Below, piece after piece: positions 1 to 9,630 of a stretch of DNA of 64,000 nt; position 1 is the first letter of the stretch; the number at the start of each line of letters is the position of its first letter. This DNA comes from Candidatus Latescibacterota bacterium (lineage in GTDB: Bacteria; Krumholzibacteriota; Krumholzibacteriia; WVZY01; JAKEHA01). The stretch is taken from NCBI GenBank assembly GCA_963707635.1, contig OY970173.1:1312001-1376000 (forward strand), written 5' to 3'. Made by a program: the position numbers and the translations under genes. The notes beneath the pieces were generated by a model that was given only the letters and a program-made list of their open reading frames with translations, had not been told where the DNA came from and ran no database searches.

Positions 1-1
1 C

Positions 2-1453
2 GCGACCGACTTCAGCGACCGCATCGGCCAGGCACTCTTCATCGCACGCAAGCTGGACCGACAGGACGCGCTCAAGGTGATTCGCGACGAGGCGGTCGCG
101 AAATACGAAGGCAACTACCCCGAGAAGGGCGCGTACGTCTCGCTGGTGCTCGAAGAGATCGAGAAGAAGCTGATGCGCGCGATGATTCTAGATCGCGGTG
201 TACGCCTCGACGGTCGTGGCACCACCGATATCCGCCCGATCACGTGCGAGGTGGGCGTGCTGCCGCGAGCACACGGCTCGGCACTGTTCACCCGCGGCGA
301 GACGCAGAGCCTCGTCACCACGACGCTGGGCACCAGCGATGACGAGCAGATGCTCGACACCATCGAGGGCGAGAGCTGGAAGCGCTATATGCTGCACTAT
401 AATTTTCCGTCGTTCTCGGTCGGCGAGGTGGGCCGCTTCGGCGGACCCGGCCGGCGTGAGATCGGCCACGGCGCGCTGGCCGAGCGCGCGATCCGACCCA
501 TGATCCCGGAGAAGGATGCGTTCCCGTACACGATCCGCATCGTCTCGGAGATTCTCGAATCCAACGGGTCCAGCTCGATGGCGTCGGTATGCGGCGGAAG
601 CCTGGCGCTGATGGACGGCGGCGTGCCGGTGCCGAAGGCGGTCGCGGGCATCGCGATGGGCCTGGTCATCGAAGGAAACCGCGTGGCGGTCTTGAGCGAC
701 ATCCTGGGCGCGGAAGATCATCTCGGCGACATGGACTTCAAGGTGACGGGGACCGCCGAAGGCATCACGGCGTTCCAGCTCGACACCAAGATCGCCGGGA
801 TCTCGGACGAGATCATGATGAAGGCGCTCGACCAGGCCCACGTCGGTCGCCTCCACATCCTGGAAGTCATGAACCGGACCATCGCCGGTCCGCGCGCCGA
901 CATCTCTCCGTTCGCGCCAAAGATCACCACCATCCAGATTCCGGTCGATAAGATCCGTGAGGTCATCGGCCCGGGCGGCAAGGTGGTCAAGCGAATCCAG
1001 GAGGAGTCGGGAGCGAAGATCGAGATCGAGGACAGCGGGACGGTGCGGGTGATCGCGGTCAACGCCGAAAGCTCGGAGATCGCGGTGGCGCGCATCAAGG
1101 AGATCACGGCGGAGCCGGAAATCGGGAAGGTCTACGAAGGGGAAGTGCGCAGCATCCTCGCCTTCGGCGCCTTCGTCCAGATTCTCCCCGGCAAGGACGG
1201 GCTCCTGCACATCTCGGAGATCGCGCACCGGCGCCTCGAACGTGTGGAGGAAGAGCTCAAGATCGGCGACATCGTCAAGGTCAAGGTGCTCGAGGTCAGC
1301 CCGGAAGGCAAGATTCGCTTGAGCCGCAAGGCGCTGATCGAGAAGCCGGAGGGGTACCAGGAGGAAAGCCACGGCGACCGGCCGCCTCGCGAACACCGCG
1401 AGCACGGCCGCGGCGGCGGCGGTGGACGGCCCCGCGAGCGCTCGCGTCGGTAA
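2..1453 (+). CDS. pnp: Polyribonucleotide nucleotidyltransferase (PNPase), 5'-truncated by window edge
   Basis: Frame open from position 2. RNase PH motifs (RRE IGHG, SNGSSSMASVC, DHLGDMDFKV), KH domain (VIGPGG) and S1 domain (FGAFV..GKDGLLHISEI). Confidence 0.97.
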   Translation, partial: ATDFSDRIGQALFIARKLDRQDALKVIRDEAVAKYEGNYPEKGAYVSLVLEEIEKKLMRAMILDRGVRLDGRGTTDIRPITCEVGVLPRAHGSALFTRGETQSLVTTTLGTSDDEQMLDTIEGESWKRYMLHYNFPSFSVGEVGRFGGPGRREIGHGALAERAIRPMIPEKDAFPYTIRIVSEILESNGSSSMASVCGGSLALMDGGVPVPKAVAGIAMGLVIEGNRVAVLSDILGAEDHLGDMDFKVTGTAEGITAFQLDTKIAGISDEIMMKALDQAHVGRLHILEVMNRTIAGPRADISPFAPKITTIQIPVDKIREVIGPGGKVVKRIQEESGAKIEIEDSGTVRVIAVNAESSEIAVARIKEITAEPEIGKVYEGEVRSILAFGAFVQILPGKDGLLHISEIAHRRLERVEEELKIGDIVKVKVLEVSPEGKIRLSRKALIEKPEGYQEESHGDRPPREHREHGRGGGGGRPRERSRR

Positions 1454-1480
1454 TTGACCCCACATCGGGGCCGAACAGCG

Positions 1481-1523
1481 GCCCGCCCGCGAGCAGAGCT
1501 TGTGGGCGGGCGCAGTTGTTTTT
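1481..1523 (+). terminator. Possible intrinsic terminator or attenuator hairpin after pnp
   Basis: 14-bp GC-rich stem GCCCGCCCGCGAGC / GCTTGTGGGCGGGC (two G-U pairs), 3-nt loop, then a T-rich stretch a few nt later. Confidence 0.45.
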
Positions 1524-1532
1524 GAGGTGCAT

Positions 1533-2780
1533 ATGAAAGCAGCACGCGTTGCCAGAAAGATCGTCCTCCCGGGCGGGCTCACGATTCTCCACGAGAAGAA
1601 CCCGGTCTCGAAGGCGTTCTGCGTGGGGGTGTGGACGCGCACCGGCGCGCGCGACGAGCGCGCAGAAGATGCCGGTTTGTGCCATTTCCTCGAGCACATG
1701 CTTTTCAAGGGCACGGCCCGGCGCACCGCCAAGCAGATCTCGCAGGAGATCGAGCGGGTCGGCGGCTCGCTCGACGCCTTTACCACCAAGGACACTATGT
1801 GCGTCTACGCGCAGGTGCTCGAGAGCCAGCGCGCGGTCGCCTTCGACCTGATCGCCGACATGCTAAACGAGTCGCGCTTTGCCGATGACCAGGTGGCGCT
1901 GGAGCGCGGGGTCGTGCTCGAGGAGATCGGCGATGTCGACGACGCGCCCGACGACCTGATCCACGAACTCTTCGCCGCCTCCCTGTATCCGCGGCACCCG
2001 CTCGGCCGGCCCATCCTGGGCCTCAAGAGCACAGTGTCGCGCTTCGGGCGCACGGACCTGGTGCGTTACTCGCGGCGCGTGTTCCGCGCCTCGAATCTCG
2101 TCGTCGCCGTGTATGGCAACATCGACGAGAAGGAACTGCTCGAGGTCTGCCGGGAGCGCTTCCAGTTTCCGCGCGGCACGCTGGCGCGGGTGCCCGCGCG
2201 GCTTCCGGCGGCGCCTCCGAAGCGCCGCCACGTGCGCCGCAAGCTCCACCAGCAGCACATCGTACTCGGACGCCGGACGTTTTCGTTCCTCGACGAGCGC
2301 CGCTACGCGCTGATGGTGCTCAACGCCATGATCGGCGGCGGGATGAGCTCGCGCCTGTTCCAGAAGATCCGCGAGGAGATGGGGCTCGCGTACAGCGTGT
2401 TTACCTACGTGGACCATTCGCGGGACACGGGGATGTTTGCCGCGTGCATGGCGGTGCGTCCCGGCAACGCGGGGCGCGCCATCACGGCCGTGCGCAAGGA
2501 GCTCGAATCGGCCCGCAACGGCGGCCTCACGCGCCGCGAGCTCAAGGACACGAAGGAGCACATCAAGGGGAGAATCCTGCTCGGGCTGGAGACGTCGGCG
2601 TCGCGCATGATGCGGCTGGCCCGCAACGAGATCACCTTCGGCCGTCAGGTACCGGAGCGCGAGCTGATTCGCTGCATCGAAGCGGTGAAAATGGGCGACG
2701 TCACCGGCGTGGCGCGCGAGGTCCTGGACACGGGCGCGCACACGATCGTGAGCCTGGGGCCGTCGGCGGCAGGGCTCTGA
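1533..2780 (+). CDS. M16 family (pitrilysin-like) zinc peptidase
   Basis: Inverted zinc motif HFLEHMLFKGT and GGGMSSRLFQKIRE. ATG at 1533 follows a GAGGT RBS. Position after pnp is a common gene order. Confidence 0.93.
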   Translation: MKAARVARKIVLPGGLTILHEKNPVSKAFCVGVWTRTGARDERAEDAGLCHFLEHMLFKGTARRTAKQISQEIERVGGSLDAFTTKDTMCVYAQVLESQRAVAFDLIADMLNESRFADDQVALERGVVLEEIGDVDDAPDDLIHELFAASLYPRHPLGRPILGLKSTVSRFGRTDLVRYSRRVFRASNLVVAVYGNIDEKELLEVCRERFQFPRGTLARVPARLPAAPPKRRHVRRKLHQQHIVLGRRTFSFLDERRYALMVLNAMIGGGMSSRLFQKIREEMGLAYSVFTYVDHSRDTGMFAACMAVRPGNAGRAITAVRKELESARNGGLTRRELKDTKEHIKGRILLGLETSASRMMRLARNEITFGRQVPERELIRCIEAVKMGDVTGVAREVLDTGAHTIVSLGPSAAGL

Positions 2781-2789
2781 CGCGGCCGG

Positions 2790-3974
2790 CTAGTCGAACT
2801 TGAACCCGCTGGCGCGGACTTTTTCGAGCAGGCGCTCGATCTGCTCTTCGTCGACCACCATCGAGATGCGCATGAAGTCTTTGCAGTGCGTGCCGAACGC
2901 CGAACCTGGCGACACGATCACGCCCGTCTTCTGGAAGAACTCCTTCGCGAAGTCTCCCGCGTCCGCGTAGCGCTTCGGCACCCGGTCCCAGATGTACATC
3001 GCGGCGCGCGGCGGGGTGAGTTTCCAGCCGAGCTTGCCGAAGCCCTCGATGAAGAGGTCGCGCCGGCGGCGGTAGAGCTTGCGCTGCGCCTCGGCGAAGT
3101 CGGTCTTGCTCTCCAGGATTTCCGCGCCCGTGCGCTGGATCGCCATGAAGGCGCTGAAGTCCATGTTCGCCTTGATCTTCACCAGGTTGGCGATGATTTC
3201 GCGGTTGCCGACCACCCAGCCCAGCCGCCAGCCGGCCATGTTGTAGCTCTTCGAAAACGAGTGGAACTCGACCGCGAGGTCCTTCGCGTTCGGGAGCTCC
3301 ATGATGCTGGGGGTGGGGCAGCCGGGCTCCAGCGCGAGTTCCGAGTAGGCCAGATCGCTCACCACCACGAAGTCGAACTTCTCCGCCAGCGCGAGCGCCT
3401 GCTTGTAGACCGGGAGGTCCGCGGTGGCGCCGATGGGATTGTTGGGATAGTTGAGGAACAGGAGCTTGGCCGCGCTCCACACCGAATGTGGGACCGCGTC
3501 GTAGTCGGGCAGGTAGTCGTTCTCCGGCCGCAGCGGCAGCTCCACCACCTTCGCCTCGACGATCTTCGCCGCGCCGAGGTAGGCCGGGTAGCACGGGGTG
3601 GCGATCACGATGGTGTCGCCCGGGTCGACGTAGGCGAGCATCAGCTTCGCGATGCCTTCCTTGGAGCCGATCAGCGGGAGTGCCTCGCCGTTGGGATCTA
3701 CCGGCACGCCGAAGCGCCGCTTGTACCAGTTCGCCACCGCGTTTCGAAACTCGGGCGCCCCGTCGAACGGCGAATAGCGGTGGTTCTGGTGCGTGGTCGA
3801 ACGGACCTGGCGGTTGAGCATGTCGAAGATGGCCGGGTCGGGCGGCTGGTCGGGGCTGCCCACACCCAGGTCGAAGATGTCGGCCGCCGGCCGCGGATCG
3901 GCGCGTTTCATCTGCGCGATCTCTTCGAAGATGTAGCGGGTCGACTTCTGAATGCGATGGGCCGGCGTGATCAT
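2790..3974 (-). CDS. PLP-dependent class I/II aminotransferase (LL-diaminopimelate aminotransferase/AlaC-like)
   Basis: Motifs LIGSKEG, LNYPNNPIG, SDLAY, SFSKSYNMAGWRLG (PLP lysine). Confidence 0.9.
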   Translation of the reverse strand: MITPAHRIQKSTRYIFEEIAQMKRADPRPAADIFDLGVGSPDQPPDPAIFDMLNRQVRSTTHQNHRYSPFDGAPEFRNAVANWYKRRFGVPVDPNGEALPLIGSKEGIAKLMLAYVDPGDTIVIATPCYPAYLGAAKIVEAKVVELPLRPENDYLPDYDAVPHSVWSAAKLLFLNYPNNPIGATADLPVYKQALALAEKFDFVVVSDLAYSELALEPGCPTPSIMELPNAKDLAVEFHSFSKSYNMAGWRLGWVVGNREIIANLVKIKANMDFSAFMAIQRTGAEILESKTDFAEAQRKLYRRRRDLFIEGFGKLGWKLTPPRAAMYIWDRVPKRYADAGDFAKEFFQKTGVIVSPGSAFGTHCKDFMRISMVVDEEQIERLLEKVRASGFKFD

Positions 3975-4068
3975 GGAATCGGGTACCTCCGTGCGGCGTG
4001 TCGTGGTGATCGATCCACCAGATTATCAGGTTTGCGCGCGGGCGTCAAAGTCGCTACCGTGAGTGCCC

Positions 4069-4956
4069 ATGAACGTTGCCGCCATTGCGGTCGCTGCAGG
4101 AATCCCAACCGCGCTGCACCTGATGTGGCGCTCGCGTTTCGGCTATCCGCCCGAAGACATTCCCCGCGTGCTGTGCTTTCACAAACTCTCGCGACACTTC
4201 TGCTGGGAAGGCACCTGGACCACGCCCGCGCGCTTCGCGGCCTACCTCGACCGGCTGCGCGCGCGCGGCTACACCTTCATCGACGAGTCGCAGTACCTGG
4301 CTGCACTGGACACCCGGCATGCCGGTGCCTCCCGGCAGCTGCTCCTGACCTTCGACGACGGCTACGACGATCTCTACGACCTCGCCTGGCCCATCCTGGC
4401 GGAGCGGCGGATTCCATTCCACGTGTTCGTGGTGTCGGACTACGCGGGCAGGACGAACGACTGGGATCTCTCGCTCGGGCGCCGGCCGTTTCGACATATG
4501 GACTGGAGTCGTGTGCGCGAGATGGCGGCGCGCGGCGTGACCTTCGGCTCCCACACGGCGTCGCATCGCGACGTCACCCGCATGGCGCCGGCGGAGCTGC
4601 ACGAGGATCTCGCGCGCTCGAAACGCGCCATCGAGGACGCAATCGGGGAGCCCGCGCGAACCCTTTCGTACCCGTTCGGCCGGTACCACGACGCGGCGGC
4701 GCGCGCCGTGCGTGAGGCGGGGTTCGCGGCCGCGTTCTCTCTGTACCCGTCGGGGCGCAACGCGGCCATCGACGGCTACGCACTGCGCCGCGAGGGTGTC
4801 TACATCATCGATCCGGTTTCGATGATCGAACGGAAGCTGGAAAAGAACTGGCTCTACGGGCTCGAAGAGATGAAGTGCCGCGCGATCAATGCGGTGGCGG
4901 TGCTGACGCCGCTGCTGAAACACCACCGCGGTGGCGGTGGCGGCGGCGGCGGCTAG
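4069..4956 (+). CDS. Polysaccharide deacetylase (NodB/CE4 family)
   Basis: LTFDDGY, GSHTASH and LSYPFG motifs. Short hydrophobic N-terminus. Ends in a 7-Gly run. Confidence 0.88.
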   Translation: MNVAAIAVAAGIPTALHLMWRSRFGYPPEDIPRVLCFHKLSRHFCWEGTWTTPARFAAYLDRLRARGYTFIDESQYLAALDTRHAGASRQLLLTFDDGYDDLYDLAWPILAERRIPFHVFVVSDYAGRTNDWDLSLGRRPFRHMDWSRVREMAARGVTFGSHTASHRDVTRMAPAELHEDLARSKRAIEDAIGEPARTLSYPFGRYHDAAARAVREAGFAAAFSLYPSGRNAAIDGYALRREGVYIIDPVSMIERKLEKNWLYGLEEMKCRAINAVAVLTPLLKHHRGGGGGGGG

Positions 4957-5915
4957 AACGGATAGCGGAGCTCGAAACGCCCGCGATAGTAGAAGCGCGC
5001 GGCCACCACGATCGGCACCACCAGCGCCAGCAACCAGGGATCCTTCCACGCCGCCATGGCCGCGACCATCGCCGTGGTCGCCCGCACCGCCAGCGCGCTG
5101 GCGGTGGTGCGCTCGAGCATGCGCACGGCCAGCTCGCGCCGTTCGGCGCGCTCGATGAATGCCGCCGCCGCCACGAACACGACCAGCGCGGCGGTCATCG
5201 CCAGCGCGGGACCGAGCGGTTTCCCGCGCAGGAACAGGAGCACCGCCGCGCCCAGCGCCGCTGCCGAGAGCAGCGCCGCCAGCCGCGCGGAACCGGTGAC
5301 GCCGATCGCCACCGACGTCGTGCGCTTGCCCGCCGCCGCGTCTCCGGCCACATCGAGGATGGTCGTGTGCAGGAAGGTGGCACCCACCAAAAAGATCCAG
5401 GGCAGCGCGGCCATCCACGCGCCCAGTGCGTCGCGGGAGATCGCCGAGGCGCCGAGCACGAACGCGAGCCCGCCGTAACCGAGCGCGTTGGCGGCGAGGT
5501 CGAACCACGGCCGCGCGCACAGGCGCAGTGGCGGGAGCGAGTAGGTGAGCGAAAGCAGCAGCGTTGCGATCAGCGGCCCGGTCTGCACCGGCGCCGCGCG
5601 GGAATAAAGGAGCGAGGCGCCCAGGAACGCAACCAGCGCCACCAGCACCATCGTTCGGGCCCGCAGGAGCCCGCGCGTGAGGTGGAGTCCCTTGTCGTTG
5701 AGGCGGTCGCTTTCCACGTCGATAATCTGATTGAGCACGTACGCGCAGGCCAGGACCGCCGTCATGCACCAGAAGCCGGGCTGGACGAGGGCGGTCGCCA
5801 CCGTGCGCCGCGACGCAGGCGTGTGCGCGCCGAGGACGTAGAGGCTCCACGCCGGAATCATGATCAGCGGGCGAAGGACGAAGAAGAAATCGGCGACGCG
5901 CAGTAGGATGGCCAT
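4953..5915 (-). CDS. UbiA family prenyltransferase
   Basis: Multi-TM protein with Asp-rich motifs NQIIDVESD and TILDVAGD, plus YSLPPLRL. Likely start MAILLRVAD at 5915; the longer ORF call extends into the neighbouring gene. Confidence 0.85.
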   Translation of the reverse strand: MAILLRVADFFFVLRPLIMIPAWSLYVLGAHTPASRRTVATALVQPGFWCMTAVLACAYVLNQIIDVESDRLNDKGLHLTRGLLRARTMVLVALVAFLGASLLYSRAAPVQTGPLIATLLLSLTYSLPPLRLCARPWFDLAANALGYGGLAFVLGASAISRDALGAWMAALPWIFLVGATFLHTTILDVAGDAAAGKRTTSVAIGVTGSARLAALLSAAALGAAVLLFLRGKPLGPALAMTAALVVFVAAAAFIERAERRELAVRMLERTTASALAVRATTAMVAAMAAWKDPWLLALVVPIVVAARFYYRGRFELRYPF

Positions 5916-5965
5916 GCGCCGGACCGGGAGGGCGGTGGGTTTGAGAGCAACTGTCGGGTCGATAG

Positions 5966-7054
5966 CTAGAGCAGCGTAAAGGCGGTCCCGTCGCGCGTCA
6001 ACTTGTATCTCAAGTCCTGGTCGGCGGCGCGAGCCAGCAGGTCGCGACTCGCGAGACCGCTGCTCAAGAGCGCGTCGAGCGAAGCGGGGTAGACGCCGTT
6101 CTCCGCGCGGTACGCTTCGACGAGCCAGCGCACGCGATACTCGATTCGCGCCTTGGCGGCCGAGTCGGTGGCGACCAGACCGTCGCTGACGACGCTCAAC
6201 GCCGTGTCGGTGTGGCGGTACGCGCCGCCCAGGAGACAGGCGGTAAAGACGAACCACGCGGCCACGAACGTCAGCGGGTTGCCGCGCTGACGGCGTCGCT
6301 TTTGCGCGGTTGCCGAAGCCTCGGCGTCGTGGAGGAACTGGGCGTCCTGCTCGACGACGATGCAGTTCTTCTCCTTGAGGAGCTTGAGCGCTTCGTAGGT
6401 ATCGAAGGCGGGGAGCTTCGCGCGCGCGATGATGTCGCGAACCGCGCGCGCCTGCTTGACGATCGCGAGCACGTCGCGCTCGCTCTGCATCATCTCGACT
6501 TCCGGCCCGGGCTCGCGGCCGATGGCGGCGATCTTGATCCCCTGCGCGGGGAACGCCTCCAGCAGCATCGGGAACTCGTCGATGCGCCGCATGCATTCCA
6601 TCAGCAGCGGCTCCACCATGTGATCGCCGATCGACTTGACCCCGGCGACCACCTCTTCACCTGCGACGAACTTGTACGTGCACTGGTCCCAGGTGAGGAC
6701 GTCGTGGAGGGTCTCCTGGATGTGGTTGCGCCAGTGCCGCGGCAGCAGCTTCTCGTCGATGAGCTTTTCGGAGGCGAGCACGTCGAGCAGATCGAGCTTC
6801 GACTGCGACGTCATCTGGGTGATGCGCACCAGCTCCTCGCGCCCGAGCACGCCGTAGCGGGTCAGGTAGTCGCGGAAGGGGTCGCGCGTGCGGCTGCGGC
6901 GATCGCGCGTGGAGATGATCTTGCCGTCACGGAAATACAGAACCGTGGACTTGTCGGTCGCGTTGACCGATAGCATGCCCGTCTTCTGCTGGACGGCGAT
7001 GAGCTGGAGGATTTCCTCCAGCCCGAATGAACCCAGATTGCCTTCAAGCGCCAT
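5966..7054 (-). CDS. DUF4388 (PATAN-like) domain membrane protein
   Basis: N-terminus MALEGNLGSFGLEEILQLI..QKTGML is typical of DUF4388. Single TM near the C-terminus, followed by YRAENGVYPASL. Confidence 0.8.
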   Translation of the reverse strand: MALEGNLGSFGLEEILQLIAVQQKTGMLSVNATDKSTVLYFRDGKIISTRDRRSRTRDPFRDYLTRYGVLGREELVRITQMTSQSKLDLLDVLASEKLIDEKLLPRHWRNHIQETLHDVLTWDQCTYKFVAGEEVVAGVKSIGDHMVEPLLMECMRRIDEFPMLLEAFPAQGIKIAAIGREPGPEVEMMQSERDVLAIVKQARAVRDIIARAKLPAFDTYEALKLLKEKNCIVVEQDAQFLHDAEASATAQKRRRQRGNPLTFVAAWFVFTACLLGGAYRHTDTALSVVSDGLVATDSAAKARIEYRVRWLVEAYRAENGVYPASLDALLSSGLASRDLLARAADQDLRYKLTRDGTAFTLL

Positions 7055-7069
7055 GGTGGTTCCTCGTCG

Positions 7070-8959
7070 TTACGCCGACTGCGACGTCGAGTCCTCGTTC
7101 ACGCTCTCGCTGCTGCGCACCCGGGTGGTGCCCGTTCGCGTCGTGCGCGTCTCGAACAGCTGCCGCGACATGATGGCGATCGCGTAGGATACCGCGATGC
7201 CGAGCGACGGTAGAATCCACTTCCACAGCGGGGTGGCGCTCGAGAGCGTCGTCCAGTGCGGGAGCGGGTACCCGCGCATCCACAGGGTCAGGAGCGAGAA
7301 CGAGAACAGTGAGGCGAGCGCGAAGCCGCTTGCGAAGCGCCCGTAGAAGATGTGCCGCACGCCCGGCAGCCACGCGGTCAGCCAGCGCATCGATTTCCGC
7401 CGGCGCACGATCACGCTCTGGCGCCGCTGCCGCAAGAGCGCGTCGAGCACCTTGTCGGAGGTGACCCCGCCAACCGCCTGCGCGCACGCCTGGCAGACGA
7501 ACGAGCCGCGGTCTCCGCTGCAGCACCCGTCGCAGGTGATCTCGCCGCAGTTGCCGCACTGGAACGCGATCCCGTGGCGCTTCACGAAGCGCAGGCTGGC
7601 GAGCGCCGCCGCCAGGCCGGCGAGCGCGATCCAGAAGCTCACCCGCGGCGACTGCCACATCGCGCTCTCGAGCGCGTGCGCGAGCACGCCGGGGTTCTTG
7701 TTGCAACCCTCGGCGAGCGCCATGCCCCAGAGGTCGCCGCGGTCGTAGATGCGCGGGTAGACCGCCCAGGTGGCGCGGGAGGCCACGGCGAATTCTTCGC
7801 TCTCGCGGGTAAAGCCGATCTTGGAGGCGCGTTCGAGAGCGTGCGACGACTCGCTCATCAGGAGCGTCTTGATGTAGGCCTGCGCGAGATTGTACTGGCC
7901 GATCGCGTCGGTCGAGTCCACCTGCTCCGCCTTGCGGTAGCCTTCCAGCGCCTTGTTGTACTGCGCGTTGACGTAGTAGACGTTGCCGACGTTCACGTAC
8001 GCGATCGCCTTGTAGGGCTTGAGCGAGATCGCGGCGATGAAATGCTCCACCGCCCGCTCGTCGTCGTGCCCGCGCATGGCGAGCATCCCCAGCGCCGTCT
8101 CACGCTCGGCGCCGAGCCCCGGCACGTCGACCGCTTCGATTCTCCCGGCCAGTTCGGGATTGGCCGCGGATTCGTTGGCACGCGCGATCAGCGAGACCAG
8201 CGACGTCGGGTCGGCGACGGTGCTGAATCGATCCAGCCACGGGGCGAACCACATGAGCGCCGCGAACACGCCGGTGAGGATGAAGGTGAACACGCGTTCG
8301 CGCTGGCGCATGAACGAGAAGGTGGCGACCAGAACCAGCGCCATCGCCGTCGCGTAGCCCGGCATCAGCGCCAGCGGGGCGAGCAGCAGCAGGAACGCGC
8401 ACACCCGCGGGGCCGCCGCGTTGAACTTGTTCTTGAGCGTCTCGCCGATGCGGTGCGCGAGAAACGGCAGGTAGCGCATGGCGAGCGAGATCCACACGAT
8501 CGCCAGCGCGAGCAAGAACACCAGCGAGATCATGACCCCAGCGTTCACCGCGAACGCGCTCTGGGCGTCGAAATTCGAGAGCGTTACCAACACGCCCTGG
8601 GTGAAATGATAGACCGCGTCCGGGCTGAAGCGCGCCGCGTAGAGACGGGCCAGCGTGAAGTGGGCATCCGGGTAGCTGGGCAGGAGCGCGAGGGCGTTCT
8701 CCAGGTGCTTTTCGGCCGCTTCCGGCTCGCCGCGCTTGAGCGCTTGGACGCCGTAGCGGTACTCGAGCTGGGCCGGGAGGGTGAGGGTCACGGCCCCGCC
8801 GCGGACCTGCGCGTTCGTGTACCGGGTAAGATTTTCCGAGTCGGCGAATCCCGCGTCCGCATGCCCCGCGAGGACAACCACGCCCGTGCAGAATGCGAGC
8901 GCGAGGCGACGGCAAACGTCGCCCCGGCGAAGGGTCCTGCGGCTGGCGATCGGGTTCAT
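7070..8959 (-). CDS. Membrane protein with TPR repeats and Cys-rich zinc-finger-like segment
   Basis: Signal-like N-terminus. TPR motifs (AHFTLARLY, AYVNVGNVYY, GQYNLAQAY), several TM helices, and CGNC..CDGCC..CQAC. Confidence 0.8.
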   Translation of the reverse strand: MNPIASRRTLRRGDVCRRLALAFCTGVVVLAGHADAGFADSENLTRYTNAQVRGGAVTLTLPAQLEYRYGVQALKRGEPEAAEKHLENALALLPSYPDAHFTLARLYAARFSPDAVYHFTQGVLVTLSNFDAQSAFAVNAGVMISLVFLLALAIVWISLAMRYLPFLAHRIGETLKNKFNAAAPRVCAFLLLLAPLALMPGYATAMALVLVATFSFMRQRERVFTFILTGVFAALMWFAPWLDRFSTVADPTSLVSLIARANESAANPELAGRIEAVDVPGLGAERETALGMLAMRGHDDERAVEHFIAAISLKPYKAIAYVNVGNVYYVNAQYNKALEGYRKAEQVDSTDAIGQYNLAQAYIKTLLMSESSHALERASKIGFTRESEEFAVASRATWAVYPRIYDRGDLWGMALAEGCNKNPGVLAHALESAMWQSPRVSFWIALAGLAAALASLRFVKRHGIAFQCGNCGEITCDGCCSGDRGSFVCQACAQAVGGVTSDKVLDALLRQRRQSVIVRRRKSMRWLTAWLPGVRHIFYGRFASGFALASLFSFSLLTLWMRGYPLPHWTTLSSATPLWKWILPSLGIAVSYAIAIMSRQLFETRTTRTGTTRVRSSESVNEDSTSQSA

Positions 8960-9098
8960 TCTGTGGGTCCTGGCCTTCGTTCGGTCATGGCGCGAAGCGC
9001 CGATAACTCATTAGCTACGAAGGGCGTTCGGCAAGAAGCGTGCCGGGTGGAGGGCGGGAAAAGCAGCGCCGCAGGGCGCGAGGCGGGTGGACTGGAAA

Positions 9099-9509
9099 CT
9101 AGAAGTTGAGCTTCAGGGTCAGGCGCGGTTCGAGGGCTCCGTCCGTGCGCTTAAGGCCGGGCACGAGCTTCAGTTGATGGGTTCCCAGCTGCTCGCTCTT
9201 GCTTTCACGGGTGAGAAGGATGCTGTAGAGGCCCAATCCCATCGCGATCCCACCCGTGCTGGTGAGCCATTCCCCGTCTTCGGTCGTCAAGCCGACGGCC
9301 ATCGACAGCGCCCCCACACCCACGCCAATCCAGCCCATCGCGGGGCCGCGATCGCCGCCAAACGCCGTGCTGGTGTTCGCCGCGACGGAGACCGCGTCCG
9401 CAAGCAACAACGGTACTTTCGCGGAACCGAGGCTATCCGTGCCTGCCGACGCCTGCGGGGCGGCGAGTCCAACCAGAATGACGACGAGGAGCCAGAGGCG
9501 GGTTTTCAT
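9099..9509 (-). CDS. Hypothetical exported protein
   Basis: Signal peptide MKTRLWLLVVILVGLAAPQASA after a GGAG RBS. Gly-rich hydrophobic segments. C-terminal alternating LTLKLNF. Confidence 0.65.
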   Translation of the reverse strand: MKTRLWLLVVILVGLAAPQASAGTDSLGSAKVPLLLADAVSVAANTSTAFGGDRGPAMGWIGVGVGALSMAVGLTTEDGEWLTSTGGIAMGLGLYSILLTRESKSEQLGTHQLKLVPGLKRTDGALEPRLTLKLNF

Positions 9510-9630
9510 TATCTCCCACAACCTAGTCACGTTTCCCGTAACTGTCAATTCCCCGCGGTCACCACCCCCCCCGGCGTGCCGGGCTACCCCGGGCTGGCCG
9601 GCCCCTCGTCCGGCGTGGTATAAGTAAGCC

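Noticed and set aside
4930..4953. GGC/GGT repeat as a phase-variation tract
   Set aside because: It is a trinucleotide run immediately before the stop codon, so length change would only alter a poly-Gly tail.
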